Made by a program: the position numbers and the translations under genes
NCBI RefSeq assembly: GCF_009914755.1
Contig: NC_060929.1
Reading direction: 5' to 3' (one strand)
DNA length: 64,000 bases
DNA from: the human T2T-CHM13v2.0 reference genome, Homo sapiens
Part shown: piece by piece, positions 55,401 through 64,000 of the stretch
Layout of the letters: the number at the start of each line of letters is the position of its first letter
Numbering within the stretch: the stretch's first letter is position 1
The notes under the pieces: generated by a model
Database searches by the model: none
What the model saw: only the letters and a program-made list of their open reading frames with translations
What the model was told of the DNA's origin: nothing

Positions 55401-58400
55401 ATTCTACAGAGTGTTTCAAAACTGCTCTATCCAAAAAAAGTTTCAACTCGGTGAGTCGAATGCACATATCACAAAGCAGTTTCTGAGAATGCTTTCGTCT
55501 ATTTTTCCCAGGAAGATATTTCCTTTTGGACCGTAGGCCTCAAATCGCTCCAGATATCCACATGCAGATTCTACAAAAAGAGTGTTTCCAAACTGCCCTA
55601 TCAAAAGGAAGGTTCAACTCTGGTAGTTGAATGCAAACATCACAAAGAAGTTTCTCAGAATGCTTCTGTCTAGTTGTCATAGGCACATATTTCTTTTTCT
55701 ACCATGGGCCTCAAAGCGCTCCAAATATCCACTTGCAGATCCTCCAAAAACAGTGTTTCAAAACTGCTCCATAAAAAGGAAGGTTCAACTCTGTGAGTTG
55801 AATGGACAGACCACAAAGAAGTTTCTGAGAATGCTTCTGTCTAGTGTTTATGTGAAGATATTCCCGTTTCCGATGAAGGCCTCAAAGCAGTACAAATATC
55901 CACTTGCAGATTCTACAAAAATAGTGCTTCAAAACTACTCTATGGAAAGGTATGTTCAACACTGTGAGATGAATGCAAACGTCACAAAGAAGTTGCTGAG
56001 AATGCTTCAGTCTAGTTTCTATGGGAAGACATTTCCTTTTGCACCACAGCCCTCAAAGCACTCCAAATGTCTACTTGCAGATTCGATAAAAGAGTTTTAC
56101 AAAACTGCTCTATCAAAAGAAAGGTTCAACGCTGTGAGTTGAATCCACATATCACGAAAAAGTTTCTGAGAATGCCTCTACCTACTTTTTATGTGAAGAT
56201 ATTCCGGTTTCCAACGAAGGCCTCAAAGCGCTCCAAATATCTACTTGCAGATTCTAGAAAAAGAGTGTTTCAAAACTGCTCTATTAAAGGAAGGTTCAAC
56301 TCTGTGAGTTGAATTCACACATCACAAAGAACTTTCTGACAATGCTTCTATCTAGTTTTTATGTGAAGATATTACTGTTTCCTATGAAGGCCTCAATGTG
56401 GTCCGAATATCCACTTGCAGATTCTACAAAAAGAGGTTTTCAAAACTGCTCTATGAAGAGGTATGTTCAAGTCTGTGAGTTGAATGCAAACATCACGAAG
56501 CAGTTTCTGAGAATGCTTCTGTCTAGTTTTTAGGGGCAGATATTTCCGTTGGCACAATAGCCCTCAAAGCGCTCCAAATATCCACTGACAGATTCTACCA
56601 AAAGAGTGTTTCAAAACTGCTCTGTGAAAAGAAACGTTCAACTCTGTTAGTTGAATGCCCACATCACAAAGAAGATTCTGAGAATATTTCTGTCTAGTTT
56701 TTATTAGAAGATATTCCCGTTTCCAGCAAAGGACACAAAGCGAAGCCAACTATCCGCTTGCAGATCTTACAAAAACACGTTTCAAAACTGCTCTTTCAAA
56801 GGAAAGGTTCATCTCTCTGGGTTCAACGCACACATCACAAAGAAGTTTCTGAGAATGCTTCTGGCTAGTTTGTGTGTGAAGATATTCCCATTTCCAACAA
56901 AGGCTTCAAAGCCCTCCAAATATTCACCTGCAATTGTTCAAAAGAGTGTTTCAAAACTGTTCTATCAAAAGGAAGGTTCAACTCTGTGAGTTGAATGCAC
57001 GCTTCACATAAATGGTTCTGAGAATGCTTCTTTCTAGTTTTTATGTGAAGATATTTCCTTCTCCACCATAGCCCTCAAAGCGCTCCAAGTGTCCCCTGGC
57101 AGATTCCACAGAAACAGTGTTTCAAAACTGCTCTAACAAAAGAAAGATTCAACTCCGTGATTTGAATGCACACATCACAAAGCATTTTCTGTGAATCCTT
57201 CTGTCTAGTTTTTATATGAGGATATTTCCTTTTCTACCACGGGCATCCAAGCGTTCCAATTCTCCAATTGTAGATTGCACAAACAGAGTGTTTCAAAACT
57301 GCTCCATGAGAAGGAAGATTCAAATTTGGGAGTACAATGCACACATCACGAAGAAGTTTCTGAGAATGCTTCTGTCTAGTTTATATGTGAAGATATTCCC
57401 GTTTCCAGCAAAGGTCTCAAAGCGGTCCAAATATCCACTTGCGGATCCCACAAACAGAGTGTTTCAAAACTGCTCTACGGAAAGGTATGTTCAACTCTGT
57501 GAGTTTACTGCAAACATCCTAAAGAAGTTTCTGGGAATGCTGCTGTCTAGTTTAATGTGAATATATTTTCTTTTCCGCCATAGCCCTCAAAGAGCTCCAA
57601 ATATCCACTTTCAGATTCTACAGAGTGTTTCAAAACTGCTCTATCCAAAAAAAGTTTCAACTCGGTGAGTCGAATGCACATATCACAAAGCAGTTTCTGA
57701 GAATGCTTTCGTCTATTTTTCCCAGGAAGATATTTCCTTTTGGACCGTAGGCCTCAAATCGCTCCAGATATCCACATGCAGATTCTACAAAAAGAGTGTT
57801 TCCAAACTGCCCTATCAAAAGGAAGGTTCAACTCTGGTAGTTGAATGCAAACATCACAAAGAAGTTTCTCAGAATGCTTCTGTCTAGTTGTCATAGGCAG
57901 ATATTTCTTTTTCTACCATAGGCCTCAAAGCGCTCCAAATATCCACTTGCAGATCCTCCAAAAACAGTGTTTCAAAACTGCTCCATAAAAAGGAAGGTTC
58001 AACTCTGTGAGTTGAATGGACAGACCACAAAGAAGTTTCTGAGAATGCTTCTGTCTAGTGTTTATGTGAAGATATTCCCGTTTCCGATGAAGGCCTCAAA
58101 GCAGTCCAAATATCCACTTGCAGATTCTACAAAAATAGTGCTTCAAAACTACTCTATGGAAAGGTATGTTCAACACTGTGAGATGAATGCAAACGTCACA
58201 AAGAAGTTGCTGAGAAGGCTTCAGTCTAGTTTCTATGGGAAGACATTTCCTTTTGCACCACAGCCCCCAAAGCACTCCAAATGTCTACTTGCAGATTCGA
58301 TAAAAGAGTTTTACAACACTGCTCTATCAAAAGAAAGGTTCAACGCTGTGAGTTGAATCCACATATCACGAAAAAGTTTCTGAGAATGCCTCTATCTACG

Positions 58401-61400
58401 TTTTATGTGAAGATATTCCGGATTCCAACGAAGGCCTCAAAGCGCTCCAAATATCTACTTGCAGATTCTAGAAAAAGAGTGTTTCAAAACTGCTCTATTA
58501 AAGGAAGGTTCAACTCTGTGAGTTGAATTCACACATCACAAAGAACTTTCTGACAATGCTTCTATCTAGTTTTTATGTGAAGATATTACTGTTTCCTATG
58601 AAGGCCTCAAAGTGGTCCGAATATCCACTTGCAGATTCTACAAAAAGAGGTTTTCAAAACTGCTCTATGCAGAGGTATGTTCAACCCTGTGAGTTGAATG
58701 CAAACATCACGAAGCAGTTTCTGAGAATGCTTCTGTCTAGTTTTTAGGGACAGATATTTCCGTTGGCACAATAGCCCTCAAAGCGCTCCAAATATCCACT
58801 GGCAGATTCTACCAAAAGAGTGTTTCAAAACTGCTCTGTCAAAAGAAACGCTCAACTGTGTTAGTTGAATGCCCACATCACAAAGAAGATTCTGAGAATA
58901 TTTCTGTCTAGTTTTTATTAGAAGATATTCCCGTTTCCACCGAAGGACACAAAGCGAAGCCAACTATCCGCTTGCAGATCTTACAAAAACACGTTTCAAA
59001 ACTGCTCTATCAAAGGAAAGGTTCATCTCTCTGGGTTCAACGCACACATCACAAAGAAGTTTCTGAGAATGCTTCTGGCTAGTTTGTGTGTGAAGATATT
59101 CCCATTTCCAAAAAAGGCTTCAAAGCCCTCCAAATATTCACCTGCAATTGTTCAAAAGAGTGTTTCAAAACTGTTCTATCAAAAGGAAGGTTCAACTCTG
59201 TGAGTTGAATGCACGCTTCACATAAATGGTTCTGAGAATGCTTCTTTCTAGTTTTTATGTGAAGATATTTCCTTCTCCACCATAGCCCTCAAAGCGCTCC
59301 AAGTGTCCGCTGGCAGATTCCACAGAAACAGTGTTTCAAAACTGCTCTAACAAAAGAAAGATTCAACTCCGTGATTTGAATGCACACATCACAAAGCATT
59401 TTCTGTGAATCCTTCTGTCTAGTTTTTATATGAGGATATTTCCTTTTCTACCACGGGCATCCAAGCGTTCCAATTCTCCAATTGTACATTGCACAAACAG
59501 AGTGTTTCAAAACTGCTCCATGAGAAGGAAGATGCAAATTTGGGAGTACAATGCACACATCACGAAGAAGTTTCTGAGAATGCTTCTGTCTAGTTTATAT
59601 GTGAAGATATTCCCGTTTCCAGCAAAGGTCTCAAAGCGGTCCAAATATCCACTTGCGGATCCCACAAACAGAGTGTTTCAAAACTGCTCTACGGAAAGGT
59701 ATGTTCAACTCTGTGAGTTTACTGCAAACATCCTAAAGAAGTTTCTGGGAATGCTGCTGTCTAGTTTAATGTGAATATATTTTCTTTTCCGCCATAGCCC
59801 TCAAAGAGCTCCAAATATCCACTTTCAGATTCTACAGAGTGTTTCAAAACTTCTCTATCAAAAAAAAGTTTCAACTCGGTGAGTCGAATGCACATATCAC
59901 AAAGCAGTTTCTGAGAATGCTTTCGTCTATTTTTCCCAGGAAGATATTTCCTTTTGGACCGTAGGCCTCAAATCGCTCCAGATATCCACATGCAGATTCT
60001 ACAAAAAGAGTGTTTCCAAACTGCCCTATCAAAAGGAAGGTTCAACTCTGGTAGTTGAATGCAAACATCACAAAGAAGTTTCTCAGAATGCTTCTGTCTA
60101 GTTGTCATAGGCAGATATTTCTTTTTCTACCATAGGCCTCAAAGCGCTCCAAATATCCACTTGCAGATCCTCCAAAAACAGTGTTTCAAAACTGCTCCAT
60201 AAAAAGGAAGGTTCAACTCTGTGAGTTGAATGGACAGACCACAAAGAAGTTTCTGAGAATGCTTCTGTCTAGTGTTTATGTGAAGATATTCCCGTTTCCG
60301 ATGAAGGCCTCAAAGCAGTCCAAATATCCACTTGCAGATTCTACAAAAATAGTGCTTCAAAACTACTCTATGGAAAGGTATGTTCAACACTGTGAGATGA
60401 ATGCAAACGTCACAAAGAAGTTGCTGAGAAGGCTTCAGTCTAGTTTCTATGGGAAGACATTTCCTTTTGCACCACAGCCCCCAAAGCACTCCAAATGTCT
60501 ACTTGCAGATTCGATAAAAGAGTTTTACAACACTGCTCTATCAAAAGAAAGGTTCAACGCTGTGAGTTGAATCCACATATCACGAAAAAGTTTCTGAGAA
60601 TGCCTCTATCTACGTTTTATGTGAAGATATTCCGGATTCCAACGAAGGCCTCAAAGCGCTCCAAATATCTACTTGCAGATTCTAGAAAAAGAGTGTTTCA
60701 AAACTGCTCTATTAAAGGAAGGTTCAACTCTGTGAGTTGAATTCACACATCACAAAGAACTTTCTGACAATGCTTCTATCTAGTTTTTATGTGAAGATAT
60801 TACTGTTTCCTATGAAGGCCTCAAAGTGGTCCGAATATCCACTTGCAGATTCTACAAAAAGAGGTTTTCAAAACTGCTCTATGAAGAGGTATGTTCAAGT
60901 CTGTGAGTTGAATGCAAACATCACGAACAGTTTCTGAGAATGCTTCTGTCTAGTTTTTAGGGGCAGATATTTCCGTTGGCACAATAGCCCTCAAAGCGCT
61001 CCAAATATCCACTGGCAGATTCTACCAAAAGAGTGTTTCAAAACTGCTCTGTGAAAAGAAACGTTCAACTGTGTTTGTTGAATGCCCACATCACAAAGAA
61101 GATTCTGAGAATATTTCTGTCTAGTTTTTATTAGAAGATATTCCCGTTTCCACCAAAGGACACAAAGCGAAGCCAACCATCCGCTTGCAGATCTTACAAA
61201 AACACGTTTCAAAACTGCTCTTTCAAAGGAAAGGTTCATCTCTCTGGGTTCAACGCACACATCACAAAGAAGTTTCTGAGAATGCTTCTGGCTAGTTTGT
61301 GTGTGAAGATATTCCCATTTCCAACAAAGGCTTCAAAGCCCTCCAAATATTCACCTGCAATTGTTCAAAAGAGTGTTTCAAAACTGTTCTATCAAAAGGA

Positions 61401-64000
61401 AGGTTCAACTCTGTGAGTTGAATGCACGCTTCACATAAATGGTTCTGAGAATGCTTCTTTCTAGTTTTTATGTGAAGATATTTCCTTCTCCACCATAACC
61501 CTCAAAGCACTCCAAGTGTCCGCTGGCAGATTCCACAGAAACAGTGTTTCAAAACTGCTCTAACAAAAGAAAGATTCAACTGCGTGATTTGAATGCACAC
61601 ATCACAAAGCATTTTCTGTGAATCCTTCTGTCTAGTTTTTATATGAGGATATTTCCTTTTCTACCACGGTCATCTAAGCCTTCCAATTCTCCAATTGTAG
61701 ATTGCACAAACAGAGTGTTTCAAAACTGCTCCATGAGAAGGAAGATTCAAATTTGGGAGTACAATGCACACATCACGAAGACGTTTCTGAGAATGCTTCT
61801 ATCTAGTTTATATGTGAAGATATTCCCGTTTCCAGCAAAGGTCTCAAAGCGGTCCAAATATCCACTTGCGGATCCCACAAACAGAGTGTTTCAAAACTGC
61901 TCTACGGAAAGGTATGTTCAACTCTGTGAGTTTACTGCAAACATCCTAAAGAAGTTTCTGGGAATGCTGCTGTCTAGTTTAATGTGAATATCTTTTCTTT
62001 TCCGCCATAGCCCTCAAAGAGCTCCAAATATCCACTTTCAGATTCTACAGAGTGTTTCAAAACTGCTCTATCCAAAAAAAGTTTCAACTCGGTGAGTCGA
62101 ATGCACATATCACAAAGCAGTTTCTGAGAATGCTTTCGTCTATTTTTCCCAGGAAGATATTTCCTTTTGGACCGTAGGCCTCAAATCGCTCCAGATATCC
62201 ACATGCAGATTCTACAAAAAGAGTGTTTCCAAACTGCCCTATCAAAAGGAAGGTTCAACTCTGGTAGTTGAATGCAAACATCACAAAGAAGTTTCTCAGA
62301 ATGCTTCTGTCTAGTTGTCATAGGCAGATATTTCTTTTTCTACCATAGGCCTCAAAGCGCTCCAAATATCCACTTGCAGATCCTCCAAAAACAGTGTTTC
62401 AAAACTGCTCCATAAAAAGGAAGGTTCAACTCTGTGAGTTGAATGGACAGACCACAAAGAAGTTTCTGAGAATGCTTCTGTCTAGTGTTTATGTGAAGAT
62501 ATTCCCGTTTCCGATGAAGGCCTCAAAGCAGTCCAAATATCCACTTGCAGATTCTACAAAAATAGTGCTTCAAAACTACTCTATGGAAAGGTATGTTCAA
62601 CACTGTGAGATGAATGCAAACGTCACAAAGAAGTTGCTGAGAAGGCTTCAGTCTAGTTTCTATGGGAAGACATTTCCTTTTGCACCACAGCCCCCAAAGC
62701 ACTCCAAATGTCTACTTGCAGATTCGATAAAAGAGTTTTACCACACTGCTCTATCAAAAGAAAGGTTCAACGCTGTGAGTTGAATCCACATATCACGAAA
62801 AAGTTTCTGAGAATGCCTCTATCTACGTTTTATGTGAAGATATTCCGGATTCCAACGAAGGCCTCAAAGCGCTCCAAATATCTACTTGCAGATTCTAGAA
62901 AAAGAGTGTTTCAAAACTGCTCTATTAAAGGAAGGTTCAACTCTGTGAGTTGAATTCACACATCACAAAGTACTTTCTGACAATGCTTCTATCTAGTTTT
63001 TATGTGAAGATATTACTGTTTCCTATGAAGGCCTCAATGTGGTCCGAATATCCACTTGCAGATTCTACAAAAAGAGGTTTTCAAAACTGCTCTATGAAGA
63101 GGTATGTTCAAGTCTGTGAGTTGAATGCAAACATCACGAAGCAGTTTCTGAGAATGCTTCTGTCTAGTTTTTAGGGGCAGATATTTCCGTTGGCACAATA
63201 GCCCTCAAAGCGCTCCAAATATCCACTGGCAGATTCTACCAAAAGAGTGTTTCAAAACTGCTCTGTCAAAAGAAACGTTCAACTCTGTTAGTTGAATGCC
63301 CACATCACAAAGAAGATTCTGAGAATATTTCTGTCTAGTTTTTATTAGAAGATATTCCCGTTTCCAGCAAAGGACACAAAGCGAAGCCAACTATCCGCTT
63401 GCAGATCTTACGAAAACACGTTTCAAAACTGCTCTTTCAAAGGAAAGGTTCATCTCTCTGGGTTCAACGCACACATCACAAAGAAGTTTCTGAGAATGCT
63501 TCTGGCTAGTTTGTGTGTGAAGATATTCCCATTTCCAACAAAGGCTTCAAAGCCCTCCAAATATTCACCTGCAATTGTTCAAAAGAGTGTTTCAAAACTG
63601 TTCTATCAAAAGGAAGGTTCAACTCTGTGAGTTGAATGCACGCTTCACATAAATGGTTCTGAGAATGCTTCTTTCTAGTTTTTATGTGAAGATATTTCCT
63701 TCTCCACCATAGCCCTCAAAGCGCTCCAAGTGTCCCCTGGCAGATTCCACAGAAACAGTATTTCAAAACTGCTCTAACAAAAGAAAGATTCAACTGCGTG
63801 ATTTGAATGCACACATCACAAAGCATTTTCTGTGAATCCTTCTGTCTAGTTTTTATATGAGGATATTTCCTTTTCTACCACGGGCATCCAAGCGTTCCAA
63901 TTCTCCAATTGTAGATTGCACAAACAGAATGTTTCAAAACTGCTCCATGAGAAGGAAGATTCAAATTTGGGAGTACAATGCACACATCACGAAGAAGTTT
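16460..64000 (-). repeat. Run of ~21.5 canonical 13-mer HORs (2,214 bp; two units 2,213 bp)
   Basis: Constant 2,214 spacing of homologous ORFs, except 42470->44683 and 60181->62394 (2,213), each explained by a visible 1-bp deletion. Confidence 0.95.
58929..58945 (-). other. CENP-B box with all nine essential bases (CTTCGGTGGAAACGGGA on - strand)
   Basis: The + strand reads TCCCGTTTCCACCGAAG. Its reverse complement fits NTTCGNNNNANNCGGGN and differs from CTTCGTTGGAAACGGGA at one non-essential position. Other copies of this monomer have CAAAG rather than CGAAG. Confidence 0.8.

Larger units (their letters stand above)
1..64000 (-). repeat. Alpha satellite (alphoid) tandem array, ~171-bp monomers, single orientation throughout
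   Basis: Recurrent motifs such as CATCACAAAGAAGTTTCTGAGAATGCTTCTGTCTAGT, TCCAAATATCCACTTGCAGATTCTACAAAAAGAGTGTTTCAAAACTGCTCT and AAGGTTCAACTCTGTGAGTTGAATG occur every ~170 bp. They are the reverse complement of the primate alphoid consensus (CATTCTCAGAAACTTCTTTGTGATG...). No non-alphoid sequence seen. Confidence 0.99.

Noticed and set aside
51199-56142. Longer 171-aa ORFs in three consecutive HORs
   Set aside because: They result from a single TAG>TGG variant (ATAGGCC>ATGGGCC) in the local haplotype; this is a marker SNV, not a gene.
1094-63390. Repeated ORFs of 61-171 aa (MFQNCSIKRK..., MRIFPFLPR..., MSTCRFDK..., MASLCVLWW...) that look like a tandem gene cluster
   Set aside because: They are translations of alphoid monomers (171 bp = 57 codons, so frames persist by chance). 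Many begin at GTG/TTG, overlap one another, and are opened or broken by random SNVs. There is no promoter, splice or domain evidence.
1-64000. CRISPR-like pattern of conserved motifs separated by variable segments
   Set aside because: The intervening segments are homologous parts of 171-bp monomers that recur each HOR, not unique spacers. There are no cas genes, and this is a eukaryotic satellite.
1-64000. L1/Alu/SVA insertions or inversions
   Set aside because: HOR spacing is fully accounted for by 2,214, 2,722 and 2,213 bp units with constant orientation, leaving no room for inserts.
1-64000. Definite assignment to chromosome 5 versus 19, or human versus other great ape
   Set aside because: The sister 13-mers are reported to be highly similar, and I cannot discriminate them without alignment to reference HOR consensus sequences.

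Overview
The whole 64 kb window is uninterrupted primate (most likely human) centromeric/pericentromeric alpha satellite, read as the reverse complement of the usual alphoid consensus. It holds roughly 375 monomers of ~170 bp, organised as about 28 copies of a 2,214-bp 13-mer higher-order repeat (HOR). The box-type order is irregular (B-A-B-B-A-B-B-A-A-B-A-A-A on the + strand) and the CENP-B boxes are decayed. That fits the SF5 13-mer shared by chromosomes 5 and 19 (D5Z1/D19Z1-type); this assignment comes from recalled literature, not a search. I found no genes, transposon insertions or inversions, and all listed ORFs are satellite reading-frame artefacts. I see no new protein-coding system; the interest is structural. 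(1) Bases 1-~18,830 are ~3.8 apparently identical copies of a 4,936-bp 29-monomer super-repeat: a 13-mer alternating with a 2,722-bp 16-mer. (2) The 16-mer carries a 508-bp three-monomer duplication joined by a chimeric monomer, and its two halves come from two different HOR haplotypes. (3) Only one HOR copy (58,929-58,945) has a CENP-B box intact at all nine essential positions. (4) The rest of the array splits into SNV-defined haplotype blocks showing hybrid HORs, 2-HOR periodicity, conversion-like patches and a mutation cluster. All comparisons were made by eye and need alignment to confirm.
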